Shown here piece by piece: positions 10,883 to 23,905 of a DNA stretch of 40,735 nt (the stretch's first letter is position 1; every line of letters begins with the position of its first letter). The position numbers were made by a program, and so were the translations under genes. The notes beneath the pieces are model-generated. The model searched no databases and had not been told where the DNA came from. It saw nothing but the letters and a program-made list of their open reading frames with translations. Source of the stretch: Octopus bimaculoides (taxonomy: Eukaryota); the NCBI RefSeq assembly GCF_001194135.2, contig NC_068987.1:80928343-80969077 (forward strand), read 5' to 3'.

Positions 10883-11400
10883 GTAGTATATTGCCACTTA
10901 AGTGTGGCTGACCCCTAGGGGTGGATGTTACTGTTGCTTTNNNNNNNNNNNNNNNNNNNNNNNNNNNNNNNNNNNNNNNNNNNNNNNNNNNNNNNNNNNN
11001 NNNNNNNNNNNNNNNNNNNNNNNNNNNNNNNNNNNNNNNNNNNNNNNNNNNNNNNNNNNNNNNNNNNNNNNNNNNNNNNNNNNNNNNNNNNNNNNNNNNN
11101 NNNNNNNNNNNNNNNNNNNNNNNNNNNNNNNNNNNNNNNNNGAGAGACAAAGGTTTGCCAGGTTTTTGTCTCTCTCACCAAGGTCATCAGCTGTCGAACG
11201 CCGACGAAGGGAAATAACCCTGAAATCCGGATACGTTCGTGCTGCTGATCGAGGTGAGAGGGATAACTTCCCTTGGCAAACAGGACACAGTCGTGTGTCG
11301 ATAAGCCAGCTGGAGGAGATGTCCTCCTGGGGCTAAAAGCAACAGTAACATCCACCCCTAGGGGTCAGCCACACTTAAGTGGCAATATACTACACTTTAT
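10876..11400. mobile_element. ORF-less foldback (palindromic) element carrying a hammerhead; probably Penelope-like (inverted pLTR) or retrozyme-like
   Basis: Perfect 65-bp inverted repeat (10876-10940 vs 11336-11400). Central hairpin GAGAGACAAA/TTTGTCTCTC at 11142-11174. Most of the left arm falls in a gap. Penelope assignment is inferred from the hammerhead type and the inverted layout. Confidence 0.75.
11195..11239 (+). ncRNA. Minimal type I hammerhead ribozyme (U4C variant)
   Basis: Helix I CGAACG/CGTTCG; core CCGACGA; helix II AGGG-AAATAA-CCCT; GAAA; palindromic helix III ATCCGGAT; triplet AUA, predicted cut after 11233. Confidence 0.8.
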
Positions 11401-11442
11401 CGTGCAGTTACTGTTAATACTTCATTTAGAGAATTAACATTG

Positions 11443-11482
<40 letters not shown>

Positions 11483-13509
11483 TTTGGTGCAAATGGTTTT
11501 GTTATACGGTGCCATGTTTAACAATCCTGTAAATAATAATAATAATGGTATTTATATAAGCTTAGAGCTTATGACAATCACCGTGTAATGACTAAGGAGA
11601 ATAGTCTAATAAAGAGGCCTATAAGCCTTTGACAGAAAAAAAGAAGGCTTTCCTATCCGTGTGGGACTCAAACCCACATCCCTTTGTTAACGTGACTAAG
11701 TGTGTTACCTTTATATATATCATTCCAAAGGTAATCATTTCTATGTATTTAAATGCTTTCCAAAATAAACATTGTTTTCATGGCTGCAAGGAAGCAATAA
11801 GATGTTGCATAAATACTTAGATTTGAGTGCAATTTCTTACAGCAGAAACAGCTCTAAGCCAATAAAGTTGATAAGATAATTCCTGTTCCTTTGTCATTCA
11901 ATGATTTTATCTACTGGTTATCTAAATATTTCTGGATTACAAGTACCATTAACAATGTTTTGGAACTCCACTGTTGCTTTGAAGGCTTTCTATAGCTGGC
12001 AAGATTTTATGTTTATCTGGTATAGTATTTTCTGATCAGGCATTTATTACAAGAAACAACTAAACTGATTATAAAGGATAGCGTGTCTCACTTCAACATG
12101 TACTCCCTCTAGACAATACAATAGATATGCATTGACGACAGCAATAGCCTGATCTTGAAACATATTAGGGAAAAATCTTTATGCATATTCCAATTTCTAT
12201 AGAGAGTATTCAGATTTTGGATACCAAATGGATCATCTATCATTGTCTTTGTATAACTAATTCATACAAGTGAAGCTCACTCCTTTTGTGAAGAATTTCT
12301 GCATAAATGTGGCAGTCAATCAATATTGTTATCTGTGTCAATCATATTGCCATCATTCCAGATGAAAAGCATGTGGGTATGAGGCAATCCGTGTTTTGGG
12401 AATTCAATAATGTGTACAAATGTTGTTACTTTCTCATACCCAGGAAGCAATATGGACAGTAAATCATAGTGATGAACAAATCCAGCTTACCAAATTTAAT
12501 GATAATGGCCATCACATTTTATCACACAATGTTACTTAACACATTTTCTGATCTACAAATCCATTAAGGTGATCTATCATTCCTCTATGTTGCCCAACAC
12601 TTAACCAATACTTTAAAAACTTCAGATTATTGGCTTCAGCCAGCAAGTGTTTATACACTGTCCACCACTAGAATAATTTTCCACTACACAATGGCACTAA
12701 TACTCAAACCCTCATTGCTGCTTGTGCAAACTTCTCTTGTAACAAGGATATGTGAGATGTTTCTCATGGAGAATCGGTTATTGCTCTTAAATAACCATTT
12801 GGTTATTAATGTTATTAACCCCTACATCAATCCTTTTCAAGTAAATCTATAATCAAAAGTATTCAAACTATGGAATATCTTATCTTTTTTTCAGTCTGTA
12901 TATTTAAAATATTATCAATTATAACCTATCTTCTTTAAAATAGTTAAGAAAGACTTTTGTAAAACATAAAAGGTGTGATTTGGGAAAGATTTGAGTGCTA
13001 TTTCTAGCAAGTCAAATGATTACACAAGAGGTTCTCTTGTCAGCAAATCATTGAGGCTGCTTTGCATGTCTAGTTATCATCTATGTCACCCATGAAAATA
13101 GAATGGCATAAATTATTCTGTTTAGATGAGAAACGAACATTTTTCAGTGTAAAGAGCCAATATCACTGCAGTCATGTTGAAATATTGTCTCTTTATTCAC
13201 AGACCATAATATCAGTCACTTAATCCCATCACTGACTCATTTAATATATCTACTGTACAGTATGTATCCGTTCTCGCCATCAAAGAGGAAATAGCATTTT
13301 GAAGACTGTCATTTTCTCTCACTCTCACCTTTCTTTATACTAAAGGACCCTATTTTATACTAGCGATATATCTACCTATCGATCATTTACCATTTTCTGT
13401 TTATATCTGTCTCATGTATCACGAAATATTTATTTAGCACCACATGCAAGGAAATAAATAAACCACACACACACAGGTTTGTCATTGCTCTACATTAATT
13501 AAAAACAGT

Positions 13510-13720
13510 GAGATGACCAAAGAGTTTACTGTGCTAGACAAAACGTTTAGCAGAATTTCTTCTGGCTTTATGTTCTGAGTTCAAATTCCACTGAAGTCAA
13601 CCTTGCCTCTCACCCTTTCAGGGTTGATAAAATAAGTTCCAGTTGAACACTGAGGTCAAAGTAATTGATTAGCCTTGCCCTCCAAAATTTCAGGCCTTGT
13701 TCCTATAAGAGAATTATTTT
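13510..13720 (+). mobile_element. Third tRNA-derived SINE family
   Basis: gttctgagttcaaattccactgaagtcaaccttgcctctcaccctttcagggttgataaaataag; reverse copies at 17040-17222 and 20900-21060. Confidence 0.8.
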
Positions 13721-13884
13721 ACATCAACTCAGCCATATCATGAGCAAGATAGAATCACAAATCTGGATATCTGTACATCACTTATTGAAACAAGTATTGC
13801 TATATATGTCTGTCCATGCAATGCAAAAATTAGTTAACTCTAACTCAACTATTGGGTAACATCTGAGAGTGATATGTTCTCAGA

Positions 13885-14200
13885 CCATCACCATCATCAT
13901 CATTTAACATCTATTTTCTATGCTAGCATGGGTTGAATAGTTTGACAGGAGTTGGTAAGGCTGGGAGCTATATCAGGCTTCATTGTCTGCTTTGGCATGG
14001 TTTCTATGACCGGATGCCCTTCCTAACACCAAGCACTTTACAGAGTGTACTGGGTGCTTTTTACATGGTATCAGCACCAGTGCTTTTCATGAGGTACCAG
14101 CACTAGTGCGTTTTACATGCCACTAGCACCAGCACCGGTGCTTTTTATGAGGCACCACCACCAACAAGGTCACCAAGTACTCTGCAAGACAAAAACAAGA
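13885..14200 (-). mobile_element. SINE 3' part with short internal repeats
   Basis: catcatcatttaacatc...ggatgcccttcctaacacc...; repeated gcaccagtgctttt. Confidence 0.8.
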
Positions 14201-14379
14201 GTCAACAAACATACATTATTGTACATTTACTTAATGGTTCTCGCAGAACTATTTTTGCTTCACTGAGGAGATCTAGTAAGACCAAAATAAGTCTGGAGTT
14301 TTCTCCCAGACTGACCAAAATTCTCAGTGCAATGTTGGCCAATAACTACCTTATTATTTTATTTATTCATTTTTCTTTC

Positions 14380-14530
14380 CTGCATAATTATGTCTAATTG
14401 AAAGCATGGTTTTCGGTTCAATTCCACTGCATGGCACTTAGACTAGTGTCTTATCCTATAGCCCAAGGTTAACTAAGGCCTTTTGAGTGGATTTGGTAGA
14501 AGATGGAAATTGAAAGAAGTCTGTCATATA
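14380..14530 (+). mobile_element. SINE head fragment
   Basis: catggttttcggttcaattccactgcatggcac...ttgagtggatttggtaga. Confidence 0.75.
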
Positions 14531-15486
14531 TACATATCTAATATAATAAGTGTAGAAACTAATTTCTATGTGTCAGTGTGTCACACTTTGAGCCCCCTCT
14601 CTCACTATTCAATAACACTTCTACTATTCCTCATGTTGAGGTGAGAGCAATAGTAGGCATAGAGATGGTGAGGGCGGTGAAGACAGAGAGAGAGAGAGAG
14701 AGAGAGAAAGAAAGAAAGAAAAAGAGAGGGAGAGAAAGAGAGAAATATTAGGGAGAGTTGATGTTTTATTGAAAGTAGTAGTTTGACGGTGGCAGTGGGA
14801 GTAATATAATAAGAAAGAGAGAAAGAGTGGGTATGTGGGAGAAAGTGGAAGATGATGTACAACATTGTTTAACCATGTCTCTTTGACAAATTTTTGCCGC
14901 CAATATACTGAACACTATCATTTTTGTTTTAATTTTTACTTTCTTTGATACACACACACACACATATATATATATGTATACATATTGTCTCTGCCCCAAT
15001 ATTTATAACATGATACTCATCCTTATAACAATGGGTTTAATTTTTCTAATTTGTAAATATTGTACTTCATGTTTATTCATGCAAAAACATGAAATTAAAA
15101 GAAACCTGACTTTATTTTTCAATGCAAAACATCGAAATTACAGTGTAGGCATAGACATATTTCTAAACACATGTACTCACAGGCACACATATGCACACAC
15201 TCACACACACACACTATCTTCTTTCTTGGCACCTTAAGAAAAAAAAATGCACCTCATCCTTTTTTCATTATTTTCCCCATCCTAAAAGAGGCCACCATCC
15301 TTGAACTCATGTCTCATCCCAGTAGCTATATACAATGGTAAAAAACTAACTAAATAAATGGTAAAAAAAAACATTCCAAACTGAAAAGAAATCCCTCCCT
15401 CTCTCTACCTATCTATATGTCTGTCTGTCTGCCTGTCTATCTATCTATCTATCTATCTCCATTGTCCTGGAACCTAACCCCCCCCC

Positions 15487-16203
15487 NNNNNNNNNNNNNN
15501 NNNNNNNNNNNNNNNNNNNNNNNNNNNNNNNNNNNNNNNNNNNNNNNNNNNNNNNNNNNNNNNNNNNNNNNNNNNNNNNNNNNNNNNNNNNNNNNNNNNN
15601 NNNNNNNNNNNNNNNNNNNNNNNNNNNNNNNNNNNNNNNNNNNNNNNNNNNNNNNNNNNNNNNNNNNNNNNNNNNNNNNNNNNNNNNNNNNNNNNNNNNN
15701 NNNNNNNNNNNNNNNNNNNNNNNNNNNNNNNNNNNNNNNNNNNNNNNNNNNNNNNNNNNNNNNNNNNNNNNNNNNNNNNNNNNNNNNNNNNNNNNNNNNN
15801 NNNNNNNNNNNNNNNNNNNNNNNNNNNNNNNNNNNNNNNNNNNNNNNNNNNNNNNNNNNNNNNNNNNNNNNNNNNNNNNNNNNNNNNNNNNNNNNNNNNN
15901 NNNNNNNNNNNNNNNNNNNNNNNNNNNNNNNNNNNNNNNNNNNNNNNNNNNNNNNNNNNNNNNNNNNNNNNNNNNNNNNNNNNNNNNNNNNNNNNNNNNN
16001 NNNNNNNNNNNNNNNNNNNNNNNNNNNNNNNNNNNNNNNNNNNNNNNNNNNNNNNNNNNNNNNNNNNNNNNNNNNNNNNNNNNNNNNNNNNNNNNNNNNN
16101 NNNNNNNNNNNNNNNNNNNNNNNNNNNNNNNNNNNNNNNNNNNNNNNNNNNNNNNNNNNNNNNNNNNNNNNNNNNNNNNNNNNNNNNNNNNNNNNNNNNN
16201 NNN
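15487..16203. other. Assembly gap
   Basis: N run. Confidence 0.99.
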
Positions 16204-16209
16204 ATATAT

Positions 16210-16245
<36 letters not shown>

Positions 16246-16665
16246 GTTTAACGTCCGCTTTCCATGCTAGCATGAGTTGGACGATTTGGCTGAGTACTGG
16301 CGAACCAGATGGCTACACCAGGCTCCAATCTGATCTGGCAAAGTTTCTACAGCTGGATGCCCTTCCTAATGCCAACCACTCCGAGAGTGTAGTGGGTGCT
16401 ACGAAGGCCAGTCAGGAGGTACTGGCAACAGCCACACTTGAAATGGTGTATTTTACATGCCACCTGCACAGGAGCCAGTCCAGCGGTACTGGCAACGAAC
16501 TCGCTCGAATGTTTTTTCACGTGCCACTAGCACAAGTGACAGGAAGGCGACATTGGTAATGGTCACGCTCAAATGGTGTTATTTACGTGCCACCGGCACG
16601 GAAGCTAGACAGCTGGTGCTCTGGTAATGATCACGCTTGGACAGTGCTCTTAGTGATTTACTGGT
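16210..16665 (-). mobile_element. Long SINE with internal unit array
   Basis: Closely parallels 6070-6500 unit by unit. Confidence 0.88.
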
Positions 16666-16679
16666 ACTGGTGCTTTACA

Positions 16680-16935
16680 GAGGGTTGAGTATTTATGCCT
16701 CCTTGTCTTGACGTTACCTGATAGTTGTAAATGTTTATCACCTTCATGCAAGAGGTATTATTCATTTCCAAAGTTCCATGAAAATAGGTCCAGCCATGGG
16801 GAAGTATAACTTTGCTTGGACACAAATAAGGATTGGTGACAAGAAAGACAACCAACCATAGAAAATTTACCTCAACAAATTCTGTTTGACCTTTGCAAGC
16901 ATGGAAAAGTGGACATTAAAACAATGAAGATGTTG
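16680..16935 (+). mobile_element. SINE 3' part
   Basis: ggattggtgacaagaaagac...gcatggaaaagtggacattaaaacaatgaagatg. Confidence 0.7.
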
Positions 16936-17039
16936 ATGGTTAAGGCAATGCAAACTCTAACTGCACTATGTGCAGCTTTCACTTGTGCAAAATGCACAAT
17001 ATACAGTTTCTGAAACTGAAATATTGGTTTGAAATTTTG

Positions 17040-17222
17040 GTACAATGTCAGTAATTTTAGGAGAGGGATAAGTTAGTTATATCGACCCCAGTGTGTAACT
17101 GGTAATTATTTTATTAACTCTGAACAGATGAAAGGCAAAGTCAACCTTGGCAGAATGTGAAGATGGATGAGCTGTTGCTAAGCATTTCACCTGGTGTGCC
17201 AACAATTCTGCCAGCTCACCAC
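17040..17222 (-). mobile_element. SINE (same family as 13510-13720)
   Basis: cgaccccagtgtgtaactggta...gaaaggcaaagtcaaccttggcag...tctgccagctcacc. Confidence 0.8.
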
Positions 17223-17245
17223 TTTTTCAAAAATGAAATATTGAC

Positions 17246-17395
17246 AAAAGAATCTTACAGGAGAAATAGCATAATTTCTTAAAAAAAGAATCTTATAGGA
17301 GAAATAACATAATTTCTTAAAAAAAAGAATTTTATAGGAGAAATAACAATTTCTTACAAAAAAATCTTACAAGAGAAATAACAAAATTTCTTATT
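17246..17395. repeat. ~33-bp minisatellite, four copies
   Basis: aaagaatcttataggagaaataacataatttctt repeated imperfectly. Confidence 0.85.
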
Positions 17396-18239
17396 AAAAA
17401 AACTCAACCAAAAAACCGAGAAACAGTTTTGCTGCATTCGTTTTACGTAAGGATTATGAAAGATTTGTCACTGAAAAATTTAAAATGTCGAACAGTTAAA
17501 GAGACTTAAATGGTTAAACTTATATACCATGATAAAACTTATCACATGCATTAGAAGATGTCTACTAGAACTATACATCATACTCCAATCTTCCTTTACT
17601 TAACAGAGGCAAAAATAGGCAAATGATTAGAAAGGTACTCATTGAGTCCACCTCAATCCCCATCTCCAATTTTCACACCCTTTTCCTTCTAGTGAATTTA
17701 CCCACCAACCTTTTCTGTTCCTTTTTTCCTATTCTCTGTTATATTGACCCCTTTATCTTGACCTCACAACTCTTTCTTTCTGATATGTCCTGCATTATGG
17801 CGACATATCTTCATTGTCTGCATGACTGGCCCGTATGGCGTGCCTCACTGACTGACACTGCTAGCTGTGTCTGTCCACTATTTATCAGTAGTGGAACAGC
17901 CCACTTCTCACTTGGGGGTGTCTGTCACAACACTTTCCAAATGGGGAAACCATGTCTTCAGCAAGATACCTGCTCCTACCCAACTATCACATTTTCATAT
18001 CCCTCAATACTATACCCAACTCAGTTGATGGATCTTGTACTGTGAGTATTTGGTGACCTCATCCATGCTGGAGGCACCCAGTACACTTCATGGCAGGGTC
18101 AAAATTAAGAATGGCATCTGGCACTAGAAACTATGCCAAACTATGTCAGTCCAGCCTTCTAATTTGTCAGTTCATATCAAACTGTCAAACCCATACCAGC
18201 ATGAAAATGGGGGTGTTAAAAGACAATGATGATGATTGC

Positions 18240-18480
18240 AAACAAACAACTTCACCTGTATGACAATGAGGCTCATTTACAACCACCACATGATGTCAAG
18301 ACAAGGGTATGCACACACACATATGAAGATTGATTCTTTCAGTTTCCACATACCAAATCCATTCACAAGGCATTGGTCAACCCAGGGCTATAGTAAAACA
18401 CACCTGCCCAAGGTGCCACACAGTAGGACTGAACCTAAGACCATATAGTTGGGAAGCAAGTTTCTTACACACACAGTGAC
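18240..18480 (-). mobile_element. SINE with tRNA head
   Basis: cctgcccaaggtgccacacagtaggactgaacc...gggaagcaag. Confidence 0.8.
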
Positions 18481-19199
18481 ATATGCGCTCATACACACAC
18501 ACACACAAATACACACTTCCAGACAAGCATTCTATTCAGCAAGATATTAGTCATTCATCTGTTTAATTTCATACAAGACATAAAATCTGAACTTCATCAA
18601 ACTTAAAGATTTACAAAAAGATTAACATTACATTTCTAATAATTGACACTTTTATGAAAATGCTTAAATTTTGTAATTCTAAACCAAAATGAAACATGTG
18701 TAAAACCTAAATGGAAATATATATATATATATATATATATATANNNNNNNNNNNNNNNNNNNNNNNNNNNNNNNNNNNNNNNNNNNNNNNNNNNNNNNNN
18801 NNNNNNNNNNNNNNNNNNNNNNNNNNNNNNNNNNNNNNNNNNNNNNNNNNNNNNNNNNNNNNNNNNNNNNNNNNNNNNNNNNNNNNATATATATATATAT
18901 ATATATATACACATAATATATATGTATGTATATATATAGAATAAAAAAACTAAATGTCTTAAGATATTACCGAATGTTTATGTAATCTTTAAATAGCAGT
19001 AAGCATCTGTGTTAAATTACCAGATATTATTTTGATGAACAGCAGAAAAATCAAGATATGAAAAAAGAATTCTTAAAGAAGAAATTCTGAATTATGCAAT
19101 AAATGGACTAAACAAAGATGGTGAAGCAAGTCCCAAATGATTCAGCAGACATTAAAATCACAAAGTGTTTAACATTCAATTCCCATGCCAGCAAATTAA

Positions 19200-19985
<786 letters not shown>

Positions 19986-20074
19986 GAAAAGACTGCTTCA
20001 TAGTGTTTGTTTCAAGTCTTTGCACTCTGATTTCAAATACCACCATAGGTTAGTTGAGGTCTCTTTATCTTTTC

Positions 20075-20260
20075 TTTTTTAACTTTCACTTGTTTCAGTC
20101 ATTGGACCGTGGCTATGCTGGAGCAGTGTTGAAGAGCTTCAGTTGAACAAATCAACTGCAGTATTCATTTCTTAAAGCTGGTACTTATTTCATTGCCAAA
20201 CTACTAGCTTATGGGGACATAAACAAACCAGCACTTGCTGTAAAGTGATGATGGTGACAG
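20075..20260 (-). mobile_element. SINE 3' part (AAAGA-ending type)
   Basis: ttcacttgtttcagtcattggaccgtggctatgctggagc... Confidence 0.8.
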
Positions 20261-20620
20261 TGACAGGACGTGAATGTGTGTGTGTATTAAATATTGCTCT
20301 AGAACTTAGAATGTGCTTCTTTTCTCAGAATTATGTTTTTACAGACGATCATCATCATCATCATCGTCATCGTCATTTAAGAGAACAAGCTAACAGAAAT
20401 TTTTTAAATTCCGTTTAAAAATTCAGTTTCAATACGCTGTGTATTTATAGTAAAAAATATTGTATGTGGATAGACAATCTAAAGTCTATTTTTCAGCATA
20501 TTGGCATAATTTTTTTTTTCTTTTGTCCTTATTTAAAATTGTTTATAATTTTCAAAGGTATTTTAATATGCTGGCCACTGATAAGATATTCTTTTGAAAA
20601 ATTTTATCCTTATATTACAA

Positions 20621-20664
<44 letters not shown>

Positions 20665-20899
20665 TCTACCTCTGGTATTTGAGTACTCTTTTTTCCACCT
20701 TGTTGCACATTTCATGTGCTTACTCCGGTATATATATATATATATATATATATTCAATAGTTCATGTAAGTGATCCTGTCCACTTGAAAAAGACATCATG
20801 ACCAGTTCCCCTCATCATTATCGCAGTATATTACAAGCAATGAAGGAGCAAGAGGGAGAGAGGAGGAGAGGGGGGAGGAGGAGAGAGAGCGAGGAGAGA

Positions 20900-21060
20900 T
20901 GAAGTGAGCAAAGTACTTGACTGGTTCTACATTTGTCATCCCTGTAAGGCTGAAAGGCAAGCTTAACCTTAGTGGGATTTGAACTCTGAAGACAAAGACT
21001 CAAATTACTTATTGAAAGGCATTTATTTGACACTCAATCATTTCTACTAATCAACTGTCT
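20900..21060 (-). mobile_element. SINE (family of 13510-13720)
   Basis: gaaaggcaagcttaaccttagtgggatttgaactc. Confidence 0.7.
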
Positions 21061-23129
21061 TAATATGTCTATATGCATACAGTTAATCAATACAATATAT
21101 TACGTAATATATATTAGAAGAAACATATCCTTCACTAAATGGATCATAATTTGGATGACTAGATTTGATTCTGTCAAGTGAAGTATCTCTAACAACATTC
21201 TGCTATCTTCAAGATAGCATGTTAGCACTTGTATGACAATACAAAAAAAATGTACCACTGAAATTAAATTTTCAGTTATTAGTTAAGAGAGAAAAAAATA
21301 TTTGAATAGTTGATATGAAAATCAATGTAGCTATGTTTTCACTCTGTTGAGTTCTGCTTGAACAAACTTATTACATAAAAGTCTCTACCTTAAAATATGT
21401 GATTGGTATCACTGTTTTTTTTTTATGATTATTTTGTTCTGTGATTTAGCATATAAAATAAGTGCTTTCACTTTTAAAGATGGTAAGGAGTTTACTGAGA
21501 AAAATTTGGATACTACCATGTGGAAATTCCTTCATCAACATACAATATGAGTTCTAAAATATTGATCAATAGTAAAGTGTAGAGAGAGGAATAGCAAAGT
21601 TTTTACAAGAATCTCTATAATATTTTCGCTTCAGAATGGAGTCAATATGCTGTTTAGTCAAACAATTTTTTAAAATATATATTTCCTGGACAGAAATTTA
21701 ATTTTTCAAGTTGATCAAGAAAATTTTGTTCATATGAAGAAATAGAGAAAGAAAGAAAAAAGATAAATATTTATTTTTCTTTCATAGTAGAATGTTAAAG
21801 AGGGTAACCTGCTTAACTTTTCTTGATCAGAGGTGACCAATCTTTTGGTCTTCAAGAGAAATGGGAAATGTCAAAGAAACCATTTCCAAAGGAATTAGCA
21901 GCATAATTGAAGTGAAATAGCTACAATGAGATATCAAAGCCAGGTCGCAAACTTGATTCACCAAAAGTTTATCTCCTTCTCTATGAAACCTGCTACTGAG
22001 TGATATACAATAGATTAAAAATCTAGCCCAACATAACCAGCCTTAACAGAAACCATACTGCTTGCCAATAAAACTGAATTATCAATGTCATCTCTCAGAT
22101 AGCAATTATTGTATTTTACCTGATAAGGCTTCCTGTTCAGAATAAAGTCAATCTGATAGCTAATATTCTTCGTTATATCAGGAATAAAAAAGTAAAACAA
22201 AATAAAATCAATAATACCTGCATAGATCCTTTCTTAAAGAGCCACAAACATTTAGCAGACTACTGAGCTGCATTATCCTAATATGTTTATTGCTATCTCA
22301 ATGGTCTTCCTTAATGTAATTCTCTGCATCAACCAAAAGCATTCTTAAATCAATTTTTCAATATAGCAAAGTACAATGAATATAAACACTGGCACCAAGG
22401 ACACGGATTTTGTAGGGGAGAGATATTGTTAAGTGAATCATCCCCACTTATACAACTGGTACTTATATTTAATGGCACTGTTTTTCAAAAAAAAAAAACT
22501 GTCTTGGAAAATCACCCCAGGTCCTATATGCAAATTTGGGTCTATATTACTAGCTTTAAGGCACTAAAAACCTATATTTTGTGAACTTGGGGTACATCTC
22601 TTATGACCATATATTTTTTTATGCAATCAAATATGGTATTTTTTAACCAACCCTGGAGGAATTAGAATGAACCCTAACAGGATTCAAACTCAGAATTCAG
22701 AGGAATAGAACAGAGTAGTGAAAGGTTATATATTATTTGTTACTCCATTGAGGTTTACCTCAATCAATTCTAAGAACAGCAATTGGTTACAGTCAGCTAT
22801 TTATCTGCATCTGTAACTGTAGACTGGAGCAAATGTTTTTGTGGGGGATTAGAAGTTGCCCATGCATAACAGATACCAGTCTCTGTGCTACCATTGTCCA
22901 AGTGAAAGATCACTGCTTTCGAACATTATAGCTTGGCACCAGCATCTTCACAGACATTGCCATCAGAATACAATAGGCTTGAACAGATACCAGTTCTGCC
23001 AATCCCTCACCTCAGATTGAAGGGAATTGTTAACCTTGATGGGATTTGAGCTCAGAGTCAGAAGTGCTGATAGTCATTCTAATCAATGTTCCAATAACAA
23101 CCTATTCACTAACTTACCTCCAATAATAA

Positions 23130-23400
23130 TTATCATCATCATGATTTAACATATTTTCCATGCTGGCATAGGTTGGATGGTTTGACAGAAACTAACAAAC
23201 CAGAGGACTGCACCAAGCTTCAGTGGTTGCTTTGGCATGGTTTCTATGTCTGGATGTCCTTCATAATGCCAACCACTTTGCAGAGTGAACTGGATACTTT
23301 TTATGTGGCACAAGATCCTCCTCAACTGTGCTGGGCAGTACTATTGAGGGAGATGGCTTTATACCAGGTGATGAGAATTTAAAGTGATAAGAATAGGTAT
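23130..23400 (-). mobile_element. Degenerate SINE 3' part
   Basis: catcatcatgatttaac...ggatgtccttcataatgccaaccactttgcagagtg. Confidence 0.75.
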
Positions 23401-23479
23401 ATTACAGTAGGGGAGGTACATGGTACCCCAGCAGGAAAATAGAGAGGATGCTCATGAAAATATGTCTTATATTTGATAT

Positions 23480-23905
23480 AGCTCTTTGCTCTTTACTCTT
23501 TTACTTGTTTCAGTCATTTGACTGTGACCATGCTGGAGCACCGCCTTTTAGTCGAGCAAATCGACCCCAGGACTTATTCTTTGTAAGCCTAGTACTTATT
23601 CTATTGTTCCCTTTTGCAGAACCGCTAAGTACCGGGAAGTAAATACACCAGTATCGGTTGTCAAGCGATGGTGGGGGAACAAACACAGACACACAAACAT
23701 ATACACACACATACATACATATATATACATATATATATGACGGGCTTCTTTCAGTTATCATCTACCAAATCCACTCACAAGGCTTTGGTCGGCCCGAGGC
23801 TATAGTAGAAGACACTTGCCCAAGGTGCCACACAGTGGGAATGAACCCAGAACCATGTGGTTGGTAAGCAAGCTACTTACCACACAGCCACTCCTGCGCC
23901 TATAC
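23480..23905 (-). mobile_element. Complete, little-diverged tRNA-derived SINE
   Basis: Head ggcgcaggagtggctgtgtggtaagtagc..., internal TA/TG microsatellite, tail ...ctgaaacaagtaaaagagtaaagag; CpGs intact. Confidence 0.92.

Larger units (their letters stand above)
9250..13330 (-). mobile_element. Fossil Helitron (Rep + PIF1-like helicase), interrupted by SINEs and the foldback element
   Basis: Minus-strand remnants: MAIIIKFGKLDLFITM (~12465-12515) and HIIEFPKHGLPHTHML (~12367-12415) resemble Rep motifs (GKPDLFITFT; IEFQKRGLPHAH). LFGEKIFLLRDDLNQT (~9830-9880) resembles PIF1 FGGKxxLLGGDFRQ. Many stops and frameshifts. Confidence 0.8.

Noticed and set aside
11645-11710. tRNA-like T-arm (GTGGG-TTTGAGT-CCCAC) on the minus strand
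   Set aside because: No acceptor stem, D-arm or anticodon arm; at most a tRNA-derived fragment
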